The position numbers were made by a program, and so were the translations under genes. A DNA stretch of 64,000 bases from Mytilus trossulus (taxonomy: Eukaryota), in NCBI RefSeq assembly GCF_036588685.1, contig NC_086380.1, positions 6,138,001 through 6,202,000 of the forward strand. The letters are read 5' to 3'. Shown here piece after piece: positions 1 through 12,389 of the stretch; the stretch's first letter is position 1; the number at the start of each line of letters is the position of its first letter. The notes below the pieces were generated by a model. It made no database searches. It had not been told where the DNA came from and saw only the letters and a list, made by a program, of their open reading frames with translations.

Positions 1-3000
1 ATTGCAGCCCCCTACAAAACTATGCAATAATTAATATCACTTTCATGTCGTCGATTCAGATTACTTTTTTATAGTAATTTGCGGAATCAGAAATTGAAAG
101 GTCATGTGACTTTATATTAATAACAAATCTTCATTTCAGTAATGGTAATACTATTTCTATATTGTGTGATTTTTGTTGTTTTCTCTCGAAATATTAAACC
201 AAACAAAGACAATTATAAAGAAATCGAAGTACTAGATTTCACATACATATTTTCGAAAGATTTCAATCATTCCGTGTTCAGTAGAAGCTTTAATTGTTTT
301 TTCAATGCGAAATATTCGAAAACCATTTGACAAATTCCTTGTTGGTGCGGATGCGTACGGTTGCCGTTATGACAACTACTAGACATTGTAGGATCAAACT
401 AGTTACGATTGTTCTTAATTTTATCATTTCGTAATGAGAGGCCTCACAATACACAACTCGTTTCGTTATTTTAGCTATATTTACTTCCTAGCGAACATCA
501 GTCAAGTGACGAACTTTCAATTTTTACCATTAACCTCTCGTATCGCATACACAAATTGCAATCGCCCTTAATATTTTCATTTGCCTATGTCTAGAAAAAA
601 AGTATACTTACACTGCTTTTTGGATCCAATTTTTCCATCCATTTATTATAAACTCAAATATCGCAACTTGAACCAAATAAAAAGTTCATGTTATAAAACC
701 AAATAAAAAGTAACATTAAATATGTTGGTAGGAAAACAAAGATACCCTCTGCGCACATTATTCAATCTATGTCAGTAATAAATGACAGGACTATACAAGT
801 AACATAGGAACCGATAATTCTATTTCTGACATTTAATGACTTATGTAAATCAGGTGTATAGGGGATTCAATGTTTTCCAGGGGAAGTTAAAGGAACAGTT
901 TAGACTTCATATTTTCTTTGAATGTGTCATAATCAATACAGCTCATTAATTTGTGATTTACTGGAAAATAATGAGTAAAATGGAGAACCAGTCAAAACAA
1001 ACTGATAAGATAGCTTATTATATAGTTCTAGCTTATGTTTTATATACAATGTACAAAAATACGGATAAGATAGCTTAATATATAGTTCGGCTTTCTATAA
1101 ACAAAGTATGATGCATCATACAAAATCTATTTTGAAATTGATTTAACACTTATTTTATTCACTAATTTGTTTCGGTTTTGCGAATTAATTGAAAAAAGCG
1201 TTTTATATATGATTAATTTGGTGTAATTTTTTGGAAGCATAATTGAATAAAGATTCTATGCTTCACTTTGTTTTAGTTTGAGAAGTATGATTGAAAAAAA
1301 ATACTTTAATGCACGAACTAAAGTGCTTTAGTTTTGGGAATAAGATTAAGATTTCAATACACTTAATTTCTTTAACATGGGCATTATTTATAACACAAGC
1401 GGTTTTAATTGATGACACCAAATGCGCATTTCGACTATTATTGTTTACTCAGTGATATTCGACGTCAATGGTGTAAATATCCTTATTCCTAGCTAGTAAA
1501 ACCAATAAAGAGACGAAAGCAAAGACATACTTAAAGAATGAATCAGAACTATGCGTTAACAGTTCGGATGGTAGACCTAAACATACGTTATCAATCTTCT
1601 CGAATTCCGAATAAAAGACAATAAGTAGTGAACAAGTTGTTATATATGTGAGCTTTTCGTAGCACTGGTAAATAATGACAAGAACAAATAAAAGAACTCA
1701 AAAAGCATCAACACGTTATATGTCGTGCTTGTTTTTGAGATATAATCTATTGAAAATATGGCGGGATAAAAAGTTTCTCTTCATTTTCCACAGCTTTATA
1801 ATTGACTTGTTATATTTCTCATAGCAAATTAGTTAAAAAAAAAAGATGTTTAAAGATTTTTAAGATGGCTTATCTAATATAAAAGTTTTCTGAAAAGTAA
1901 AATGAGTTTTAGCAAGAACTTTATTTTACAAGAATTGGATTCAAATATATAAAACCGATGAATTCCGAAAATCTTACAACATGGCTTAAAGAAATTGAGA
2001 ACAGTTCAATAATCTCACATTTACAAGAAAGTAGTTAATTTGTCAAATTTTGACTAAAAAATAGACATACGTATGCTGAGTTTAAGATACGAGCTCACTC
2101 CGTATTATGAGTTCAAAACTATAGTACAACACAACTAGAGAACAACAACTCTACAAAAGCAATAAAATCTCTGAAACCGACCTCAAATTCGGAAATAAAG
2201 TGAACGGATAGTATTTCGACCTTCCTAAACTAAATAAAATGATTTGCATTTCATAATAAAGTAAAGTAAGTAAAATTGTAAAGTCAAAAGTCAATATAAA
2301 TAAATACTTCCATGCTCACACCTGTAGCTAATATCAAGAAAAAAAACTTAATAGCTAAATCATTGTGTTTTTTTTTTCTCGCTCAATAATATGAAATCGT
2401 GTCAATTTAAGTGATTCCTTTGGTATAAAGAAAATCATCATACATACCAAGTATGAAATTGCATATTTATGCCATAAGCGCGTTTCGTCTGCAAAATACT
2501 CATGAGTGACGCTCGAATCATTTTTTTAAGGCCAAATAAAGTGCGAGGTTGAAGAGCATTGAGGACCAAAAATTCCAAAACGTTTTGCCAAATACAGATA
2601 AGGAAATTATTTCTGAGGTAGAAAAGCCTATGTATTTCAAACATCAAAAGTTTTGTTGACAGTTAACTTATAATTATGAACATATCAATGATAACATAAT
2701 ACATATGCTTTTGATAATATGTATACTAGGTAGATTTTGTTTCATTTTTCTTTAAATTGCTCGTTTCGAAATGCTCTTTCTTATATTATCTCAAACTTGT
2801 TCAGTTGTCTTTCTTGAAGGAAGGTTTTAGTATGAAGTTGGTGAATCCTGACATATAAGTTATTGCTACATGTTTTTTTCCTTTCTCTTTTTTGCAATAT
2901 GTTTTTAATAAATCCATCATGTTTAGATATATATTGATACTGATTTGTTATTTTAAACGATGCCATAAAGATGTTATTTTGGATATTGTGTTTTGAAATG

Positions 3001-4561
3001 TTGTTTCGTTATTCTCAGAATTAAAAAAAAAGTTTGAAATATTATTCGATTAATTAAACAGATCGATGCAAACGTTTGCATGTTCTAAGAATTTGAAGGG
3101 GGAAATGAATATGAAATATTGTGTTTTGACTAATAACTCTTAAATTACTCTTAATGAAATGTTGGTAGGTAATTTATTTTTACTTTTTCTTATTTTATTT
3201 TTCAATATATCGGAAATACTATATGATGATAGAACTTCATGATTTCAAACGCTTCCTTTATAATCTTTCAAATAATATTTGAATCAATTTTTTATCAAGT
3301 ATATGTTGCAGTTATATAAATGATTCTTAACCCATAGATACATTTTTGTATGACGTGTTTTAATTGTCAATTTTTCTACTAAGTGAAAACTTCATGTGAT
3401 CATTTTTAATTCAAAAAATAAAAGTAAAATACATGTGGTCATGAATGTTTCCATAAAGCATATTATAATTATACTTTTTTCCAAAAGCAAGTATACGATA
3501 TAAATACATTTTTTGACAAATTAAGTTTACACATGTACATACATATTATATCGTATACGTTCAGGAATCAGGATAATTTTTGTTTTCCTTGATTTTTTGT
3601 GTTCTGTTTAATTCCAATTTACATTATTATCAATTTTAGTAATCTTTTAGAAATAGAAGTCATCTGATTCACAAAGGCAAACATAATAAAACACTCTGGA
3701 AAATTAGATTATGTGATTTTTTTCTATCGCTACAAATTATTATATTGATAACTTTAAGTGAAAGCACTAAGTCTCATTGATAAAAATAAAGACGTTACTT
3801 TAATTGTTCTTGATAAAATTCATGTTGATCTAATTTTTTTTGGTCTGAAATGTAGTTGTTGAACTTTAGTGTGATGAATGGGTTTCATTTCACAGTATCT
3901 TATGGCTAGGTGTTCAGGTTTTTATAGTTACTCGATAAAAAAATCATTAGAAATGAGAGAAAAATAATTTTAAGATATATGAAAAAAGATAAATAAATTC
4001 AATATTTGATATCAAATTGTTTCTTAAATAAAAACCACGCATTATTGTCATGAAAACAATATCAGTTTCTTTTATAATATTTATTTATGTTTGCCTATTA
4101 TCTATCTTGAATATATATAATAATCTATACCAGACACAAATTATATATATTTACATTTAATATACATTACTACATAAAACATGTAGGCTTTTTATTCCGA
4201 TATCCAATGAAAATAGTGACAATGTAACTAACCTTTTGGATGACATCTCTTGGTATGCTTCTTTCATCCCAAACGAAGCTCGTCTCTCTCCCCATCACCA
4301 ATGCGTAGCTCAAATACATTCTGTAGCTTGCTTATCATTAAAAATACCAAGCACTGCAAAGCTTTGATCAAATCAGAACATGGGCATCTATTTATCGACA
4401 AAATGACAAGTAGTAAAATCAAATAACATTTCTTTTGTATTTGTTAGATTAGCTATCCAGATTTGATAATTGGCTTCATGCAATATTCAACCAGTGGGAA
4501 AGTTTGTATTGCTTAACATGTAAGATAATAGCACACAAAGGAACCCTCTGAATTTGTTAGA

Positions 4562-5340
4562 TAAAGTAAGAGCAATTTTATTTCAATTATCAACATTTAG
4601 GGAAAAAGTTATCATGTTGAAGGAAAGAAAATGTTGATGATTAATGGTTTGTATGAATATTAGAAAGAAAAGAAAACAATGAGAACAAGGTTATTGCACA
4701 ATACAAAGTAAAACGAAAAATGGGCAAACGTTAATGGATTGTTGGAGCTTTATTGAACATGTATTGTTCTGATTTAAATGTGTGGAACCACTTTTAAAGA
4801 TAAGTGAGGCGCGTCTTAAATACTTTTTATTGTGGATGTGTTCATATTTGAAACATTTAACTGATAGTACATAATATATAAATATTATCAAAACGTGTTC
4901 TTTATAAATGTATTTTAACATATGAAAAATAAAACGTAAATGGAACCACCAACAAATACTGAACTTTCAGGCAGATTAAATCAATCGTCAAAACTCGTTT
5001 CTTAAAAAAGACAGAAAAACAACTAAGACGTACAAATAAAGGCAAACAATGTAATCAAATAAGATCAATTTTATTTCAATTATATACATCTAAGGGAAAA
5101 GTTATCATATTAAAAGGAAATGACATGTTGATGATAAATGGTTTGTTTGAACATCAGAAAAACACATTGAGAACCGTTTTTTGCAAAATAAAAAGTAAAA
5201 AAAAGAAAAGAAAATGTTAATGCATTGATAGAGCTTAATTGCACATATATTGTTCTGATTAAAATATGTGGAACTACTTTAAAAGATACGCGAGATACGT
5301 CTTAATTTTCTTTTATGCTGTTGTTTTTGAATACTTGGAA
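4562..5340. repeat. Diverged direct duplication of ~300-350 bp (4562-4850 vs 5058-5340)
   Basis: Shared CAATTTTATTTCAATTAT..GGGAAAAGTTATCAT..ATGTTGATGAT..TATTGTTCTGATT..TGTGGAAC. Confidence 0.75.
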
Positions 5341-7408
5341 TACTTGATAATAGCAAGAACTATTATAATAGTCCTAGATAATAGACAATATAAAATTTAA
5401 TCGTTTCTTAAATACATTTAAGCATCTGTAAAATACACAAAAAAATGATTACACGTATCAACAAAAATACAAAACACACCAATCAATAAAATCTGACTCC
5501 TCCGATAAAACCAGGCGTGCAAACAATAACGAAAAACAACTAGTCAAAATAGCATGTAAACACTTTTTTGAGGAAATATAGTTTGCTAGAAAGCAGTTTT
5601 CTAGAACGACTGAATCCATGCATAAATCTGGCGTATAGTTAAGTTTAAACAAAATGTTTACAAATAAATTGCATTCGATTAGGAGAAAGGAGTTCTGCGA
5701 TCATGGGTGTTCAAAGATGGAGGTTGAAAACGTCGAATAATTTGACTTTTTTCATTGAGTCTGCAGGTTTTACAAATATTCATTCTTGTGCCCCAAATTC
5801 CGTTCTCAAAATCCTGAATCCACACCTGGTTTGTCATTTTCCCGAGTCAGGACACTTGCTGCTGTATTAACATTTGACATGTGAGCTACTAATAATAAAA
5901 GGAGATGCAGGTCATGAGTAAAAGATGCATATGCTACGATTTTTCTTGTATAGTCGTACACACTATTTGGTTGAAATTGCAACGTAAGAATTCATTATTT
6001 TTAATGTTTTATTTCTACAGATGAAAAGTGATTTAGTATTTTGATTTGAAACAAATACATTACTTAATTTAAAGAAAAAAGCTTAAGAATCCTTTTGCAG
6101 ATCGTAAGTGACAAATTACAAAATTCAGAAAAATTCAGGAATAATTGCAAGAAATTCTGATTGCATATATTTGAAACACAAATATGTTGTAGATAGTGTA
6201 AATGTAACCGGGAGACTGGCTACTGATTTGAAGTTGAAAACGAGATGCAACCCACGACCGGTTGCAGATGTTGGCGATGCCAACATCGACGATAATGACT
6301 AGGATCTAGTCACTTGACTGAGAATACTCGCTTTAACTCCACTTGTAGAATTAGACACAAGTCCTATGCAGTAATTAACAGTTTAATGATTCAGGATGGA
6401 ATCCATGTAGTTTTACAAAATGTTACAAATTGATGTTCTTTTACACATTGACATATTGATACAACTTAATAAATCGAGCGGATCTTGTCAGTACGAATGC
6501 CCGACTCTCACTGAAGTTTAGAACTTCAGAAAACATATTTAAATCAAGAATTTACTTGGTGACAACTAGATAATAGAAACGAGATTACAAAATGACAATG
6601 AAATAATACGATAAGAATTAACAAAAGATTATAACAAAAATCTGTCGATTGAGCTTTAGGTTAAATAGCGGCGTAATTGAAATTACTAAAGGATTAATTA
6701 TTCTTTACGTAAGAAAACTAAGAACTCTGTAAAGCTGTGACTTTATCTATTATTTACAAAAAGAATTATCTTGAAACAAATTTCTGACTTTGTGAAAATA
6801 TACTTGACACTTAATTATTACTTATAATACAAAAAGCTTTACAAAGAAAAATCGTTACATCATAATGAAATTACTTTGACGGACAAATATTGCAAATATA
6901 ATGATTTCGATAAAACAATGAATAGTTTAACAATGAAATGACATTTTATGACCGTACAGTTTGTCAACGAAAGTTCAAAAGTATCATATTTCTGAAGAAT
7001 ACCCTTTTCACACAGTTCCAAATGAAGATGCATAATTTACACAAATTATCCCTATCACACTAGTTTCAACTGCAGTTGTGGATAGTGATATTTAAATGCT
7101 GGCTGGAATACATTTGTTTTTGTTGCTTACAATTTACACAAAAGATTTGGAATATCGAATCTATTCAAAAGGATCTTTGATTGATACGTTCTTACTATAC
7201 GCATGTTATTTTATTTCATAAATGTAATATTTTCCTTGCAAAAAGTCTTTTTAAATTTAGCAACTTATATTTATTGTTAGTATTTTGGTTCTGTTTTAAC
7301 ACACTGGAATTTGTCAAATCTATAATAGTAGACCAATATGACCCAACCATATCAAATCGATCATAAATAATTTATTATGATAACACATTAAACAATTTAT
7401 TACAAATT

Positions 7409-7887
7409 TTAACCAAAGGCAGGGTTTCTACTGGTTCCATCACTATCACAAAACTCAAATTCGGCCAGGTCTACGTTACCAATACTACAGATGAAAGGCT
7501 TTTTACAAGCTAGAGAAGAACAATGCGTAACTCTCCTATCGTTAGAGGCACCTCCAACATAACGTCGCATGGCATAGTCTGTGAATTCTGCGCTACCATT
7601 TGATTTCATTCTCTCCAGTAGACCATGGAAAGAAGTTGGTGTTAAGTCCTTCATTTGATAATCTTTAGGCATGCTGTATTCTAGTGTCCAGTTTGCCACT
7701 TTATTTACGTTACTCAATTTGAAGTCTAGATGGTACTGTCTAACTTCTTGTGGTTGACCGGTCATTCTATCATATCTGACCAGCCGAATGCCAGGATTTC
7801 TTGTTGGTTCTCCGATGCCTTGTCCTCCCGGGATATACGTCCATGGAGTAACCGAAGGAGCACATAAATGTACTATAACTGGCAAAC
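7409..7887 (-). CDS. SMPDL3: SMPDL3-like exon 6 (APSVTPW...NPGIRL...W.LEY...Cys cluster, stop)
   Basis: Acceptor ccccgtag|; family C-terminal domain; TAA at 7411-7409. Confidence 0.9.
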
Positions 7888-10800
7888 CTACGGGGTAAAT
7901 AGTAAACAATACTTGACTTCCTCAAAACTTTAATTATGTGAATATAAATAATACATGAGTTATTTTAATTCAAAATTTAAAATAACGTTACAAAAGAAGA
8001 ATGTGTCTGAGGATACGAATTCCCTAGTTCAAGCTTTGTAAGTCTTTAAGTTCAAAAGGAGCATAACTCTAGAATGGTAAATGTATCAAAACCCAAATTC
8101 GAATGCTGTCTGCATGTTGCGTTTTTTAGCCATTGTGAGATGTTACAATACAACAACCTATAATAGTGAGGTTCTGGCCATTCATTGTTGTAGAGCATGT
8201 GATCTATATATCTTTATCTTAATTCTCACAAACCAAATCAAATTTTGAGATTTTCAAATATTCTTGTTCCTATTGTTGTTATTGAAACGCTAGTTAATAA
8301 TGTTTTTTTTTTATTACAGTGTCTGTCCTAAATACTTTGTCTAAAAAAAACCACACCTCCAGATTGTTTTGAAGGAAAAAAAAAATGGCCGGGTCATATC
8401 TTTGGGTTCAATTTGTTTATCGGTTGTTGTCTCGTTGACGAACTCCCCACGTTCGGAGTATTCGTAAAAAAACCAACAGTTACTGTCGTTCATGTTACTA
8501 ATCACTGCGTTAAATTCAATAAGTTCATCATGATGTTTTTTGTCATACGTACCAGATTTATAAGATATTCTGAAATTATCCATATGTTCATGTCCGAAAT
8601 ATAGACCTGCAATAGTGTCCGAGTACTCTAGTATGATTTCATTGAAGCGATGGTTAAACTGTGGGTACATCCATGTTGCCTTTTCTGTCGCTATAACTCC
8701 TGGGGGTACATGTGACATGATGATCACCTAAAACAAGTAAATTAAAACTTTTTGAACAAGAATGTGTCCAAAATACACGGATGCCCCATCCGCACTATCA
8801 TTTTCTATGTTCAGTGGACCGTGAAATTGGGATGAAATCTCTAAATTGTCATTTTAACATTAGAAAGATCATTTCATAGGGAACAAGTTTGCTAAGTTTC
8901 AAGTTGATCGGACTTTAAATTCATCAAAAACTTTAAACAAAACTTTAACCTGAAACGGGACAGACGGACAAACGAACAGACGGACGCACATACAAGAAAA
9001 CATAATGCCCATAAATGGGCATAAAAATAAAACTTTTTAGCATGATATGAACTAGCCCTATATAGATTAGACCGTTGGTTTTCCCGTTTGAATGGTTTTA
9101 CACTAGTAATTTTGGGGCCCTTTATAGCTTGTTGTTCGGTGTGAGCCACGGCTCCGTGTTGAAGGCCGTACTTTAACCTATAATGGTTTAATTTTTAAAT
9201 TGTTATTTGGATGGAGAGTTGTCTCATTGGCACTCACACCACATCTTCCTATATCTAATAAGATTTAATACTAATAAACTAAATAAAAAAATACGATTCA
9301 TCAGGATGTATAATAAGCATCACAAACGGTTATGAAGGATTTGTGGGACTTTCTCGTTGTGTTGAAGACCCATTTTCTCGTTACAATTCCGTTTCAAAGA
9401 AACATCAACCCGACCACCCATTGGTCTTCAATACAGGGTGAAAATCCCGCACCTAGGGGCAGGCGTCAGCTGTTCCCTAAATAAAACGTTTATATCTGAC
9501 TGTTCTCGTTGTTGAAGGCTAATGACTTGTAGCTGTTAATTTTTGTGTCATTTGGTCTCTTGTGGAGAGTTGTCTCATTGGCAATCATACCACATCATCT
9601 TATTTTTTATTTTTTTTATTTTTTTTTATTGTTTAGCGAAAATGGACGTCACACTTTTAATTAACAAAATAACTAACAAATAAAATGCATTTAGACACAA
9701 TATTGTTTGGACCTAACAAAAAAAAGAGATGTTCAACGCTCTCTAGACTCTAGTATCTTACGCTCTCTAGACTCTAGTATCTTTTACTCAATATATACTT
9801 TTAAAGAATAAGTACCCGTTCACTGTTATTTTTAGCATGTTCTAGAGTTTCAGCCATCCATTGGAACTGGTCTGCTGGGTCTGAATACCTGTACATCCGG
9901 GATATCTTATCTGATCTGTAGTATAGATTGGTATTCAGGGACATTATACGGAGTCCCGTTGATATCTGTACAGTATAATATGCTCCTAAAAACACAAAAT
10001 ATGCAAATAACCTGCAGTAAGAATTTTATGTAAATAAAAGTAAAAAAGATTAACAATGATATTTTTTTCATACAAATGCATTACAAAATAATAAGGGTGA
10101 TTATTATTTATATCTTAAACTCCATAATTTAAATGAAACGAATTGATGATTTACAATACTATAGTAAAAAAAATAATCAGGAATGCCTGTTAATCTGCAA
10201 CCAACATATTCATGATTTTCTACATATATATGATAGATTAGACTGTTGGTTTTCCCGTTTGAATGGTTTTACACTAGTAATTTTTTGGGGCCCTTTAAAA
10301 CTTACTGTTCGATGTGAGCCAAGGCTCCGTGTTGAACACTGTACGTTGACCTATGATGGTTTACTTTGATAAACTGTGACTTGAATGGAGAGGTGTCTCA
10401 TTGGCACTCATACCAAATCATTCTATATCTATTATAAGCAAGCCAATTAGTACACACTTTAAAGTTTCTATTCAGACATAATGTATAAAACTGTGATTTG
10501 TTTTAAAATGGTCCAAACAGCAAATCAAAGATGACCCTGCGTGTGTTTCTGTATTTAGATGCGAAAAGTCAAACTGCTTTTGGAAACTTGATGTATTATA
10601 TAGTGAATGTGATGCTTTTTGAACGATTACGTTTACGGGAAAACCATTGTGTTTTTAAATACACTTAAACAAAAAAGAGTCAAATCTGTATTCATGTTGG
10701 TAAGATGTCAAATCATGTTCTAAAACAATCAAACAAAGATCTTCAGTTTAGCACCAAATAAAATAAACTTATAAGGAAGAATCAGAAAGAATTAGAGAGA

Positions 10801-12389
10801 ACCAGAAAGAATTAGAGAGAACCAGAAAGAATTAGAGAACCAGAAAGAATTAGAGAATCAGAAAGAATTAGAGAGAATCAGAAAGAATTAGAGAGAATCA
10901 GAAAGAAACAGAGAGAATCAGAAAGATAATAAAGTAAATATATCCAGAATTAACAAAACTTCGAATACCTTTCTGGAAGTTTTTTTTCTGTCCATCGTCG
11001 TTTATCCAGTCTTTCCATCCTTCATAGATCTCATCGTACATCAAATTATTATTTGGCGGGAACTGATGGGCGGGGTAGTAGTCGTGATTCCCAAAGACAG
11101 GATATATAGGAGTAGAATTGAACTTCGATTTCAACTCTCGTGTGATGTTACGAACGATATCTCTGTACATGTCATGACTACCTACATTGTCTTTTATATG
11201 TGGTGAACTATCACTAGGAAGAAAATCAATCATAAAATAAACTATTTTAAGAAATGCAATTCCCTCGAATGTAATGAATAATATCTGTGTTTATGACATT
11301 ATCAACAACGTTTGTCTTGAATGTGTGGTGTTCTTTAACTAGCAAGACAATGTAAACTTGTTCTCGCTACATTGAAGACGCATTGGTGGCCTTCGGCTGT
11401 TATCTGCTCTATGGTCGGGTTGTTGTCGCTTTGATACATTCACCATTTTCTTTGTCAATTATTAAGTGCATGCATATTCATTTTGTTTGCTAAAAAAACC
11501 CGAATGTACAAGAAATGATCACGCTAAACTAAAAAAACAAACAACTAAAAGTTTTAAGTATCATTCAAAGTTCTCCCACACCCCACCCCAAAAAATAACG
11601 TATCCCCTCCCCCTCCGAAAAAACATAGATATTCCGTGTGGAATTTTTTTGCGGGTATCGCATGTAACTCTAGATTAGTGATAAAACATAATTTACCCTG
11701 TCCATAGGATAAAGTCAACATTTGGTTCTTTATCTCGCATTGCCTCAATACTACTAGTTACCAGCTTCCATGGAGAATCACACCAGCTGCTTCCGAACTC
11801 GCCTCGTGCTGATGCATTCCTATTACATGACAAGGCGACATCGAGGTATGTAGGGTCATAATGAAAATCTGTCACGTGCCAGAACCAACCTAAAAAGTAG
11901 TAATGGCTGTTCAAGTTTGATCTTCTGAATTAAAAATAAATATCTAAGATGTTTTCACAAAATATATCGGTGCAGGACATAATGGTTTATATCACAAACC
12001 TGTCAGTGCTAGAACAAACCCTATCGAATTATGAAAACAAATCAAGCAGGTCACTAAAAAAAGAGACAGTTCTATTCCGCGTCCACATGTCTTCTGTTTT
12101 AATATTCACAACATATACATGGCCTGCGTTTAAAAAAATTATCTTAAGTATACCAAGCTGTGAATGACTAAAATTATCAAATTTTGGCGTAGGATTTATT
12201 TGTAAAAAGGAGGTCTGATCCGAAGTGAGACACAACGACGGCAAGTGCCACTGGTAAACATGTGGAACGCTAGTGTGATGACCGGACCCCTTCCTCTTCA
12301 GAGCTAAAATTGTATTAGTACTTACCATCATCGGCATAAACAAAGTTTGTGTATAATATTAAAATGACAACAAGATAAACTGTCACCAT
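7409..12389 (-). CDS. SMPDL3: SMPDL3A/B-like acid sphingomyelinase-like phosphodiesterase, whole gene model: join(complement 12326-12389, 11697-11889, 10969-11213, 9816-9985, 8553-8727, 7409-7887), 441 aa
   Basis: Six exons with GT-AG boundaries and compatible phases (1,2,1,0,1) sum to 1326 nt. The protein has a signal peptide, calcineurin-like metallophosphoesterase motifs in order (HVTDFHYD, WTGDSSPH, FGNHD, SHVPPG, FGHEH), APSVTPW, NPGIRL and a C-terminal Cys cluster. There is no saposin domain, so it is SMPDL3-type rather than SMPD1. A versus B orthology cannot be resolved here. Confidence 0.93.
8553..8727 (-). CDS. SMPDL3: SMPDL3-like exon 5 (VIIMSHVPPG...FGHEHMDNFRI)
   Basis: Acceptor ttttag|GTG, donor G|GTACGT; HVPPG and GHxH metal ligands. 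Confidence 0.92.
8755..9027. mobile_element. Short HINE-like element in SMPDL3 intron 4 (second copy at ~57743-57985)
   Basis: AACAAGAATGTGTCC..CGCACTATCATTTT..; (GGAC/AGAC)n; terminal hairpin ATGCCCATAAATGGGCATAAAAA. Confidence 0.65.
9061..9258 (+). repeat. Dispersed ~200-bp repeat family A (copies at ~10233-10431, 13236-13425, 14588-14752 rev, 41095-41200 rev, 51480-51662, 55826-55997 rev)
   Basis: Shared GTTTTCCCGTTTGAATGGTTTTACACTAGT...GAGAGTTGTCTCATTGGCA..ACCACATCTT. Confidence 0.85.
9816..9985 (-). CDS. SMPDL3: SMPDL3-like exon 4 (GAYY...LRIMSLNTNLYY...DPADQFQW...SER)
   Basis: Acceptor tttttag|, donor CGG|GTACTT; LNTNLYY and DPAxQFxW family motifs. Confidence 0.92.
10778..10926. repeat. 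18-20-bp purine-rich tandem repeat (AGAATCAGAAAGAATTAGAG)n in SMPDL3 intron 3
   Basis: About 7 visible copies. Confidence 0.9.
10969..11213 (-). CDS. SMPDL3: SMPDL3-like exon 3 (DSSPH...PVFGNHDYYP...FQKG)
   Basis: Acceptor ttcctag|, donor G|GTATTC; GNHD motif. Confidence 0.92.
11697..11889 (-). CDS. SMPDL3: SMPDL3-like exon 2 (GWFWHVTDFHYD...CDSPW...FILWTG)
   Basis: Acceptor tttttag|, donor GG|GTAAAT; DxH metal motif and the CDSP motif. Confidence 0.92.
12326..12389 (-). CDS. SMPDL3: SMPDL3-like exon 1 (signal peptide MVTVYLVVILILYTNFVYADD-G)
   Basis: ATG at 12389, hydrophobic core, VYA|DD cleavage-like site, donor G|GTAAGT, phase 1 matching exon 2. Confidence 0.85.

Noticed and set aside
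7409-12389. True acid sphingomyelinase SMPD1
   Set aside because: The signal peptide splices directly to the catalytic domain with no saposin-B or Pro-rich region; the 441-aa length fits SMPDL3.
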